Positions 16,842 to 25,133 of a stretch of 25,783 nucleotides of DNA are shown here, piece after piece. Numbering within the stretch: position 1 is the first letter of the stretch; the number at the start of each line of letters is the position of its first letter. The notes under the pieces were generated by a model, which saw nothing but the letters and a program-made list of their open reading frames with translations, was not told where the DNA came from and searched no databases. The position numbers and the translations under genes are program-made. The DNA comes from Candidatus Heimdallarchaeota archaeon. Its GTDB lineage: Archaea; Asgardarchaeota; Heimdallarchaeia; Heimdallarchaeales; Heimdallarchaeaceae. The DNA is taken from the NCBI GenBank assembly GCA_021399395.1, contig JAAFKJ010000130.1:1-25783 (forward strand), read 5' to 3'.

Positions 16842-17870
16842 CTACACATTAATTACAATGAAATTGTAAATGTTATCTAGCACTATTAGTGTAATAATGG
16901 TAGCTAGAACAAGGAAAGTCATAACAATCTGAGTGATGTATTTTCTACTGATTCTTTTAAATTGTCTAGTTGAGACAGTTCCTCCTCTTACAAACGATTG
17001 TGAGGTCCAGAAAATCAACGCACATGATGCATAGATTGCTAGAACATTCAAACCTAAGAGAACCAAAGATCCAAAAGCTTCACCAATCAAACCTGGTGTT
17101 GCAAGTAATACACCTACATTTGCAGCTGGGGGGCACAATGATGCTGCAACAGCTACACCAACTATAGAAGTACTTTCTCCTCTGATTATGAACAAACCTG
17201 CTGCTAATCCGCTCGCTATGGCGAAAACAATATCACCAATTGTAGGTTTAATTCTTATTTGTATCTGATTACTTAGTATGTTACTTCCATCTACAATTGC
17301 GTTGGGGTCAGCAAATCTGTAAATTATTCCAACTATAAACCCAATCAAAATGATTGAGAATAAACCTATTATTTCAGCTCCTATAGCTCTCTTTGAGTAA
17401 ATATTCTTTGGAGTCATTGTTCCAATAACTGTAAGAGCAATCGGCCCCAATAGTGGAGCGATAATCATACTAGCTATGATAATAACTACATTATCATAGA
17501 TTAAACCAAAGGATGCTAGAATTCCCGCCAAGACAATCAATCCCACAAAAGTAGTATTAACAAGTGATAGATTTTTGATATTTGAGATCATCTCATCAAT
17601 GCTAATTCCTCTATCTCGTACGATAGATTCCTTTTTCTTTGATGCAATCTCCAATGCTACTGGAGAGACAATGACCTTCCCAAAAATTGTCCCTACACCA
17701 ATTCCCTTTAATTCTTCGAGAATAGTAGATGTATGTTGATTTTTTACTACAACCGCCATTGTTGCCTCTTCTTCGAAAATGATTATTGTAAAATCATATC
17801 CTAATCTATCGAACAGTTCTTTTACAATTTCCAACCGTTCTGCTGACACAATGATTCTGATTTCTTTCAT
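16842..17870 (-). CDS. TIGR00341/DUF389 family membrane protein
   Basis: IIASMIIAPLLGPI, IAIASGLAA-like and VGVAVAASLCPP motifs. Confidence 0.88.
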   Translation of the reverse strand: MKEIRIIVSAERLEIVKELFDRLGYDFTIIIFEEEATMAVVVKNQHTSTILEELKGIGVGTIFGKVIVSPVALEIASKKKESIVRDRGISIDEMISNIKNLSLVNTTFVGLIVLAGILASFGLIYDNVVIIIASMIIAPLLGPIALTVIGTMTPKNIYSKRAIGAEIIGLFSIILIGFIVGIIYRFADPNAIVDGSNILSNQIQIRIKPTIGDIVFAIASGLAAGLFIIRGESTSIVGVAVAASLCPPAANVGVLLATPGLIGEAFGSLVLLGLNVLAIYASCALIFWTSQSFVRGGTVSTRQFKRISRKYITQIVMTFLVLATIITLIVLDNIYNFIVINV

Positions 17871-18007
17871 CTGTAGGAATTCCTTATGTTTTCTAAATAG
17901 TATAAAATATGTATCATTTAAAATGATTCCTCAGCAATTATAAGGGCGAATAGATAGATTCATCCCCAGAACCCCACAAATAACGCTCTAGAGGTTTGAA
18001 TTGCATC

Positions 18008-18181
18008 TTATTTTCCATGATTGTACTTACGCATAGCATATTTCAGTCGAACTTCATCTTCTTCAATATATTTTGGATACTTCCTAAGTATTTTATCCAA
18101 TTCTTTGTTTAAGCTGTGCAGTTCTTTATCCATTTTCACGAGGATTCTATTCATCTCGTTAACTAGATTCTCGGGTTGCAT
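18008..18181 (-). CDS. Small 57-aa helical protein MQPENLVNEMNRILVKMDKELHSLNKELDKILRKYPKYIEEDEVRLKYAMRKYNHGK
   Basis: Open frame below the 60-aa cutoff fills an intergenic gap; TATA-like TATAAAAA about 25 nt upstream; heptad pattern. Confidence 0.55.
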   Translation of the reverse strand: MQPENLVNEMNRILVKMDKELHSLNKELDKILRKYPKYIEEDEVRLKYAMRKYNHGK

Positions 18182-18254
18182 GAATTATAAATAGTCAAAC
18201 TTTTTTATAGAGTAGGTATGATAAAGATACTACCCTCGTAATACATATAAGCTA

Positions 18255-18431
18255 TTATTCGTCTCTGTGTCCTGTTATTGTTGTTCTAATGTCAGGAGAT
18301 AAACAATTAGGGCAAAGAGTTTTTGTGGTAAATATTCCATCAACTTGTTCTTTCAGAGTTTTCTTCTCTTCATTATTGAATCGGTTTCCACAATTGTTAC
18401 AGATAAATGCATCAGGTCTATGAACTACCAT
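18255..18431 (-). CDS. Small zinc-ribbon protein
   Basis: CNNCG...CPNC.S..I. Confidence 0.65.
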   Translation of the reverse strand: MVVHRPDAFICNNCGNRFNNEEKKTLKEQVDGIFTTKTLCPNCLSPDIRTTITGHRDE

Positions 18432-18534
18432 TTTATCACTAAACAAGTAGTAAATCTTTTTGGAATATAACTTTTACTACTGCAAGATAGTTTCATAAGT
18501 GCGTATTAGTCTATCTTGTGTAGTGTATAAAGAG

Positions 18535-19887
18535 ATGAAGAGAAGAAAAATAAGCCAATTTGTGCTACAACTAATGATTATTTCTTCGATATTACTATCA
18601 AATTCAAGTTCTGAAGTAGTACTATCAGATTTATCTCAGGATAATAATTCAGATAATCTACATGATGATCAGAAAACCTGCTATCTGTATAATATAAGCG
18701 GTTGTTATGCAGTACAAGCACCTGAATCAGATCTCGGACCCTTCAAACTCTATGCTCATATTCCAATTGCATATGGAAGACAGGCACTAATTGGTCTTAA
18801 ACTCTGGGAATATCCAACCGGTAGAGTACTAGATTATAAGATCAACCAGGATTATCCTGGACCAAACATCCTCCTCGAGATTCAATTTGGTTATCTTAAC
18901 GAAATGGAAATAGTCTATGTTTATTGGAGTATGTTGATGATTGTAGAGAAGAATGATTACTCACATCTACCAGAGGTTATTGATCAAACCCCTATAGAGG
19001 AATTACCAACTGAAACAACAATTTGGTTGGAGAGTACAGAGTTTGCTCAAGCATCTCATCCTGAAATACAAGCAAAAGCAGAGGAACTAGCAGGAAATGA
19101 AACAAATGCTTATGCGATTGCTAAGAATATAGGAAATTTTACCGGACTTGGAATAGATTATCAGTACACGTATGAACCCCAAGATGCCCTTACGACTTTA
19201 CAAAATGGTTTTGGTGTTTGTACAGGTAAATCCAACCTTGCAGTTGCGCTTCTCCGAGCTCTAGATATTCCTGCAAGGATGTTACTTACAAGCCCTCTCC
19301 CCCATTTCTTTATTGAATTGTATTTACACCCTTATGGATGGATAAGGTGTGAAGCAACACCTGGAACAGTACCATTTGATTATCATTGGCTTACAGTTGG
19401 ATATTGTGTTTATCCTTCAGATGAAACATCATCTAGTGTCATTAACGGCATTCATCCCTACGAGGGACAAGTAACTTATTGGGGAACAGATAATCCATCA
19501 ATTCTGTGGGACTACATTGGAGTACATTGTAAGAGAGAAACATACACCCTTGTTATGAATTCGGATCAACTCGAGCAAGCATACAATCTATCAAACCTTG
19601 TTTGGGAGAATTTTGTTTTAAACTTCAATTCGAATCTAACCAACCAAGAACAGTTAAGGTACGAATCTGCAATCAATTATCAAATCGTAGCAACAAATGG
19701 GTACATAAACCAAAATATAACCAAGTTTCTTAACAATATGGAACTCTCTCTTGAAACGTATCTTAGTGATATTGTACCATTATCTACAGCTGAATCTAGC
19801 ATTTATAGTGTGCTAATCTTTTGTTCACTGATTCTGATTGGAACTGTTGATTGTGTGAAAAAAAGGAGAGTTAAGCAAGATCTTTAG
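18535..19887 (+). CDS. Secreted transglutaminase-like domain protein with C-terminal membrane anchor
   Basis: DALTTL..GFGVCTGKS...VALLRALDIPAR, HFFIELY and GWIRCEAT (Cys-His-Glu triad); signal peptide; TM plus basic tail. Confidence 0.85.
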   Translation: MKRRKISQFVLQLMIISSILLSNSSSEVVLSDLSQDNNSDNLHDDQKTCYLYNISGCYAVQAPESDLGPFKLYAHIPIAYGRQALIGLKLWEYPTGRVLDYKINQDYPGPNILLEIQFGYLNEMEIVYVYWSMLMIVEKNDYSHLPEVIDQTPIEELPTETTIWLESTEFAQASHPEIQAKAEELAGNETNAYAIAKNIGNFTGLGIDYQYTYEPQDALTTLQNGFGVCTGKSNLAVALLRALDIPARMLLTSPLPHFFIELYLHPYGWIRCEATPGTVPFDYHWLTVGYCVYPSDETSSSVINGIHPYEGQVTYWGTDNPSILWDYIGVHCKRETYTLVMNSDQLEQAYNLSNLVWENFVLNFNSNLTNQEQLRYESAINYQIVATNGYINQNITKFLNNMELSLETYLSDIVPLSTAESSIYSVLIFCSLILIGTVDCVKKRRVKQDL

Positions 19888-19888
19888 A

Positions 19889-19937
19889 TGGTTGGTCTTC
19901 AACAGCGAAACCGTTTTTAGTGAGGCTGGTACCGTTA
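19889..19937. repeat. 49-bp direct-repeat copy (46/49) of actin coding positions 22099-22147
   Basis: TGGTTGGTCTTCAaCAGCGAAACCGTTTTTAGTGAgGCtGGTACCGTTA versus TGGTTGGTCTTCAcCAGCGAAACCGTTTTTAGTGAaGCcGGTACCGTTA. Confidence 0.95.
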
Positions 19938-20019
19938 GCTGAGTTTTCTGATTTTTGGACAATGAATTTAATAAATAGTGATTATTATTTCTCTAAAATA
20001 ATTCAAGAGGTTTGAACTG

Positions 20020-20997
20020 GTGCCAATCAATTGGAAAAAAACACTATCTATTTCATGGTTAGTAAGTAAGATAATACTAGCAATTTTCTTCCTAATTGAA
20101 TGGCTTGCTACACTTGTTGATATACTGTCAGTAATGTCAACTGCAGTGGAACCTGAACCTATTCTCAGAGGTTTAGGAAGGATCTATCCTTTTACTTCGT
20201 ATACTGATACAATACTTCGATTCTTTTTAGGAGATACAATTCATCATTATTTATTCAAACATTGGATAATGGCAGGCTTTTTTTTCTTCATGTTATTTTT
20301 AACTTTAGCAATAAATCATGGTCGTAAACGAAGAAAGTTAAAGAAATTGCCTTGGTCATGGTGGGGAATTGTTTCTATTTTAATTGTAGAAGTTATTATT
20401 TTGTTTATCTGTTTCTTCTATGCAGATCCAGTTCCATATGTTCAAGATCCTTCTTGGTTTATTGATATTTATCACAAGAATCAGTTTTCTGCAACTTTAA
20501 CTATCTCATGTCTGTTTCTGATTATTTATTCTAGTATCAAAGAAGGTAAGAAATTAAATGAAAGAGCATATGAATTTTGTACTACTCCACTTCTTTATAG
20601 CATTATTTTTGGAATCATGACTCTTGAGATAATAGCAGGTTTTCCTTGGTTTTCAGGAGGATATCGCGATATATTTCTTTATGGACAATCATGGTTTTCT
20701 TTCGATAAATATTTACATTTCCTGATGAGTGTTGCAATTGTTTTGATTTTCTGGAGCTTAACAAGGAATAAATGGATATCAGGCGGTATTGTTATTAGTT
20801 CTCATTTACTCTGGGAATTGTTTGAATATGGATTACAACCTGGGGAAATTGTTGATACTCTAAAAGATGAGATTATAAATATCTCAGCAGTAATTTTTGC
20901 TATACTAATTATCATATTTCTTGAAAGAAGGAAGAAACGGAATCAAGAAAAATCAGAACAAACTTCAGATAATGTTAGTGAAGAAAAAAAGAAATAA
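20020..20997 (+). CDS. Polytopic membrane protein with VanZ/DUF2238-like C-terminal motif
   Basis: About 8 TMs; FDKYLHF...LWELFEY...DTLKD pattern. Confidence 0.6.
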   Translation: MPINWKKTLSISWLVSKIILAIFFLIEWLATLVDILSVMSTAVEPEPILRGLGRIYPFTSYTDTILRFFLGDTIHHYLFKHWIMAGFFFFMLFLTLAINHGRKRRKLKKLPWSWWGIVSILIVEVIILFICFFYADPVPYVQDPSWFIDIYHKNQFSATLTISCLFLIIYSSIKEGKKLNERAYEFCTTPLLYSIIFGIMTLEIIAGFPWFSGGYRDIFLYGQSWFSFDKYLHFLMSVAIVLIFWSLTRNKWISGGIVISSHLLWELFEYGLQPGEIVDTLKDEIINISAVIFAILIIIFLERRKKRNQEKSEQTSDNVSEEKKK

Positions 20998-21048
20998 AAA
21001 AAAGAGGAAACATCTAAAAAAATAGAAAATGAGTAAAAGAAAAAACAT

Positions 21049-22185
21049 CTAGATACAGCGATATACTGCTGTAGATCCTATTTCTTTATACTCCTTTTTT
21101 GTTACCCATAGTTTATTGAAAGTCTTTAGAGAACTGAGAATACTTCCACCTATCCATACGGAATATCTTCTTTCTGGTGGTGAGATTATCTTCACTTCTG
21201 TGGTCTCTGGAACCAACTCAACAAGTTCTTTGTGTACTCTTTCCTTTAATCCAGGAAACATTGTAGATCCACCAGATAAAACAATGTTAGAGAAGAGGTC
21301 TCGGCGTAAATCTACGTCACAGTTCTGTATCATCCTATAGATTAGCTCATCCAAAGGTTCTTCTTCAGAGCCAATCACTCCAGGACTGAAGAGTAATTCT
21401 GGTGCCATAAATCGTTCTGAACCGATAGTTATTACTTCTCCGTCAGGCATGACATAGTCTTTCTCCATTCCAGAAACTTTCTCTGATAATCTTAGTTCCT
21501 TCTCTGGATCTAGAGCAACATAACAGAGTCTTTCTTTGATGTCCCGCACAATCTCTCGTTCAGCACTCGTTGTTAAGGAGTAACCCCTTTGTTTCAATAG
21601 AGTCCTCAGATAGTTGGTTATATCTCTTCCACCTATATCGCTTCTATGTATGGCATGGGATATAGCAAATCCTTCATAGACAGGTACGATGTGTATCACT
21701 CCATCTCCTGCATCTATAACAAGTCCCGTGGTCCTTCCAGATGCATATAGAGAAAGTATTGCCTGCATTGAGACATACATCGCGGGAACATTGAACGTCT
21801 CAAACATCAACTCAGCCATCTTCTCTTTGTTTCTATTATCATTAAGAGGCGGTTCAGTTAACATTATCGGATGTTCGTTTGGATTAACCCGCATGTCATT
21901 AAAGAATGTGTAGTGCCAGATTCTTTCCATTGCTTGCCAGTCTCTAACTTGTCCATGTTCCATTGGATAGACTAGTTTGAGAACACCACGCATGTTCATA
22001 GCTTCTTCACCAATGTAGTATTCCCTAATCCAACCTTCAACATCAGGCATAACAACTGGGTTCTTTGGATAACCCATGATTGTTGGAAAAACACTACGTG
22101 GTTGGTCTTCACCAGCGAAACCGTTTTTAGTGAAGCCGGTACCGTTATCAATGACCAGAGGATTGGTATGGAGTTCGTCCGACAA
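21049..22185 (-). CDS. Asgard actin (Lokiactin-type, eukaryote-like)
   Basis: DNGTGFTKNGFAGEDQPRSVFP, YPMEHG, LTEPPLN, LYASGRTTG, DAGDG, AEREIVRDIKE, LSGGSTMFPG and PERRYSVWIGGSIL; SD AAGGAGGT before the TTG start. Confidence 0.97.
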   Translation of the reverse strand: MSDELHTNPLVIDNGTGFTKNGFAGEDQPRSVFPTIMGYPKNPVVMPDVEGWIREYYIGEEAMNMRGVLKLVYPMEHGQVRDWQAMERIWHYTFFNDMRVNPNEHPIMLTEPPLNDNRNKEKMAELMFETFNVPAMYVSMQAILSLYASGRTTGLVIDAGDGVIHIVPVYEGFAISHAIHRSDIGGRDITNYLRTLLKQRGYSLTTSAEREIVRDIKERLCYVALDPEKELRLSEKVSGMEKDYVMPDGEVITIGSERFMAPELLFSPGVIGSEEEPLDELIYRMIQNCDVDLRRDLFSNIVLSGGSTMFPGLKERVHKELVELVPETTEVKIISPPERRYSVWIGGSILSSLKTFNKLWVTKKEYKEIGSTAVYRCI

Positions 22186-22211
22186 ACTAGATACCTCCTT
22201 TGGTCATCATA

Positions 22212-23120
22212 TCATTTTTTCTGAACAGTTTTACTTTCATTCGCGTTTTTGTTGGTTTTCTTTTCATTTTTCTCACTTTTTTCAACTTTTTTCGTTTTGT
22301 TTACAAATTCCTTAACATGTCGAAGTTTCTCATCGGTCATTGTTTTCTCAAGTTCTTCAAGACGCTTTTCTAAACGTTCAAAATCTCTTTCTTGAGCCGT
22401 CTCTCTTTCTCGTCTTGATAGCTCTGCTTCAACAGTATAGAGAAGAATCAATTCTTGAAATACTTCGAATAATTGATCTGTTCTAAAAATGTCTTTGAGA
22501 TACTTCCAATGTTTAGGAGAATCTATGTTCTTTTTCTCCATTGTTGATGGTTTTACATGAAGGTCTTCTTCAGTGATTTTTTTCCCAGTTTTTTTCATAT
22601 TCTGAATATATTCATCAGGTTTCATTTTTGTTTTAGGTGTTGAAGTATCAGCTGTTTTAGCTAATTTTTCCTTTAAAATCACTTCGTAAGGTTTGTTTTC
22701 AATACTTGATTTTCTGGAATCAAACTCTCGATCTACTGAAGGCATAAGTGCACTTTCAAGGGCTGAAAGTAATGGATTATGATAACTTCCATGATATCGA
22801 CTCTGTAAAAAATCTTGAATACGCTTTAATTCATGAAGGTCTAGGTCCACTAATTCAGATGGTGAATATTTCCTTGAACGATCCTTGATATGCTCATGTA
22901 TTTCCGAAATCTCTCCTGGAACTTGTTGATCTGTATATGTAGATTTAACTATTTTTCTTTCCATATTATCCATCCTACTTTGTAGTTCTGTAACTCGTTT
23001 AGCACGTGTTTCTAGTTTGCCTTGTTCTTCCTTCTTACGCTCACGATAGGCCTTTTTTCGTTCTGCGTTTGTATCATATTTTCTTGGTCTTCCACGTGCT
23101 TTCTTTTCTTCGTCATTCAT
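22212..23120 (-). CDS. Basic coiled-coil protein with N-terminal AT-hook-like motif, unknown function
   Basis: RGRPRKY.TNAERKKAYRERKK and two coiled-coil stretches; SD AAGGTGA 5 nt before the ATG at 23120; ends 26 bp before actin. Confidence 0.75.
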   Translation of the reverse strand: MNDEEKKARGRPRKYDTNAERKKAYRERKKEEQGKLETRAKRVTELQSRMDNMERKIVKSTYTDQQVPGEISEIHEHIKDRSRKYSPSELVDLDLHELKRIQDFLQSRYHGSYHNPLLSALESALMPSVDREFDSRKSSIENKPYEVILKEKLAKTADTSTPKTKMKPDEYIQNMKKTGKKITEEDLHVKPSTMEKKNIDSPKHWKYLKDIFRTDQLFEVFQELILLYTVEAELSRRERETAQERDFERLEKRLEELEKTMTDEKLRHVKEFVNKTKKVEKSEKNEKKTNKNANESKTVQKK

Positions 23121-23135
23121 TTGGTTCACCTTTTC

Positions 23136-23195
23136 GTCTCGGGACAATAAACAATTTACCCAATCATTTAAAAAGATTTTTGTCTCGGGACAAAA
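23136..23195. promoter_or_regulatory. Two copies of GTCTCGGGACAA (near-palindromic) flanking a TATA-like box
   Basis: Identical 12-mers at 23136-23147 and 23182-23193; the second extends to TTTTGTC-TCGG-GACAAAA; minus-strand TTTTTAAAT at 23166-23174. Confidence 0.65.
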
Positions 23196-23237
23196 TTAAG
23201 AGAAAAGGTTATAGTGGCATGAGAAGCAGGTTTGTCA

Positions 23238-24086
23238 ATGTATATTCCTATTGAAGGATTAAAACCATCTAAAGAGATTCTGGAATCATTTGGTCTGAAG
23301 GATGAGATAAAACTATTACCAGGAGGGCTAAGAAGAACATTTCTAGTCGGCGATGTTGTGCTGAAATATTATCATGATACAACTGAAGAGGAAGTTAAAT
23401 GGTTAGCAGATTTACTAAACGGCATTAATCTCGGCAATATACGTTTCCAGCAATTTATCAAATCTAAAGATGGCAGATATGTTGTTGAAGGATGGAGTGC
23501 ATACAGATATCTTGTAGGAGAATTTTACAATGACATTAAGCATCTCAGACTGAAAAAGGAAGTTCTTCAATCATTTCATGAAGCAATAAAAAATAAGCCA
23601 CGCCCGTCTCACGTAACAGCTGAAGGGACAGATCCCTGGAATATTGCGGATAAAATGGTTTGGGGAGAAATACCCATTCAATGTCATGAACAAATAATGA
23701 AAAAAATTAGCAAATTAATGGGGTATATTAAACCCTTAAACCTTCCTTCTCAATTGATTCAGGGTGATCCTCATCACATCCTCTTTTCAGACCATGAATC
23801 GCCAGCTCTAATTGATTTATCTTGGCATTATAGACCTGCAGATTTCGCTTTAGCAGTATTAGCTGCAGATGCACTCTGTTGTTGGTGCAAAGATGAATGT
23901 ACCTGTTCTGATGCAAATGAAGTTTACCAAGTTTTCGAAGATATAGAGTTTTTTGATCAACTGCTACTAAGAGCAGTCTTGAGAAGAGCACTCGAATTTG
24001 AAGGATTAAGAAAACACGATGAAAAGTATCTCGAATCAATTGAAGGCGTTATACCTGCTATTGATTTTGTATATGGGATTTTTTAA
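23238..24086 (+). CDS. Aminoglycoside phosphotransferase-like kinase-fold protein (TIGR02569-like)
   Basis: LLPGG, VVLK, VVEGWSA, DPWNIADKMVWGE, QLIQGD and ALIDLS. Confidence 0.7.
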   Translation: MYIPIEGLKPSKEILESFGLKDEIKLLPGGLRRTFLVGDVVLKYYHDTTEEEVKWLADLLNGINLGNIRFQQFIKSKDGRYVVEGWSAYRYLVGEFYNDIKHLRLKKEVLQSFHEAIKNKPRPSHVTAEGTDPWNIADKMVWGEIPIQCHEQIMKKISKLMGYIKPLNLPSQLIQGDPHHILFSDHESPALIDLSWHYRPADFALAVLAADALCCWCKDECTCSDANEVYQVFEDIEFFDQLLLRAVLRRALEFEGLRKHDEKYLESIEGVIPAIDFVYGIF

Positions 24087-24141
24087 AAATAGTTTGGGAT
24101 AGAGATATAAATTAAAATAATAGTTTTACTCTGAAATTCAC

Positions 24142-25026
24142 ATGCAAGTTAAACTTACCAATATCGTAGACAAATATGTGAGAACAGATAAAGAGTTTAT
24201 TTCTTCAGATGGATTATGTTATTTGATTGATATAGATGATAAGAAAATCCTTTTCGATACTGGCGATCAGGGAATAATACTCCAGAATAATATGCATTTG
24301 CTAGAAATTGACGCCAAAACTATTGATCTGGTTGTATTCAGTCATGGCCATTGGGACCATACTTTTGGTATTGAGGCATTGATGTATGATAGAGGTGATG
24401 CTCCAGTTTTGAAATTAGTAGGTCATCCTCATGTATTTACAAGAAGAAGAATAAAGAAACCCATTCTTAGGCTATTAGCATATTTGAAGTACAAGTGGTA
24501 TAATTTAGGTTTCCCCAAACTTCCCGAAGATGTTATGTCTAAACTTGAGTTTGTGAAAGTTGTAGATCCTTATGAGATTGCACCTAATCTCACCACAATT
24601 GGGGAGATTAATGAGTGGAAAGAAAAACCCAGTAAAATCGATAAACTTACTATTGAGATTGATGGAAAATTTGTCAAAGACGAAATTCTAGATGACCTTT
24701 CTCTTGTACTTAAAACTAAAGATGGTATGGTATTAATCCTAGGTTGTGGTCATGCGGGAGTACTCAATATCTGCGCAAGGGCTAAAGAGATTCATCCAAA
24801 TAGAAAAATTGAGATGATAATTGGGGGAACTCATTTAGTTGCGCTAACTGAAGAAAAAGATCTTGAATATGTTGCCCAACAACTTGAACAGAAATACGAT
24901 AAACCGCAGCTCTACTTCAGTCATTGTACAGGTAGAAAAGCAATTGATTATATGAAAAATTACTTTGGTAAGGATGTAGTTAAAACTTTCAAAGTTGGAG
25001 ACACTTTAACTTTTGATACTAAGTAA
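24142..25026 (+). CDS. Metallo-beta-lactamase fold hydrolase (MJ0301/DHPS-like subgroup)
   Basis: ILFDTG, SHGHWDH, GCGHAG, IIGGTHL and HCTG. Confidence 0.9.
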   Translation: MQVKLTNIVDKYVRTDKEFISSDGLCYLIDIDDKKILFDTGDQGIILQNNMHLLEIDAKTIDLVVFSHGHWDHTFGIEALMYDRGDAPVLKLVGHPHVFTRRRIKKPILRLLAYLKYKWYNLGFPKLPEDVMSKLEFVKVVDPYEIAPNLTTIGEINEWKEKPSKIDKLTIEIDGKFVKDEILDDLSLVLKTKDGMVLILGCGHAGVLNICARAKEIHPNRKIEMIIGGTHLVALTEEKDLEYVAQQLEQKYDKPQLYFSHCTGRKAIDYMKNYFGKDVVKTFKVGDTLTFDTK

Positions 25027-25133
25027 AGTAGTTAGTGCAATCAAAAGGAGGAGAAAGCATTTTTACTCTTTCTTTCTCATGATTGTCAGAGTTTAACAAA
25101 AAAGTTATATCAATAACTGTTTACTCAAGAATT

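Noticed and set aside
19889-22147. Actin repeat as a diversity-generating retroelement TR/VR pair or a CRISPR spacer
   Set aside because: The differences are not adenine-specific, and there is no reverse transcriptase, flanking repeats or cas genes in the window.
23121-23147. TTG start at 23147 for the coiled-coil protein
   Set aside because: SD AAGGTGA precedes the ATG at 23120, and the TTG lies inside the palindrome near the expected TSS.
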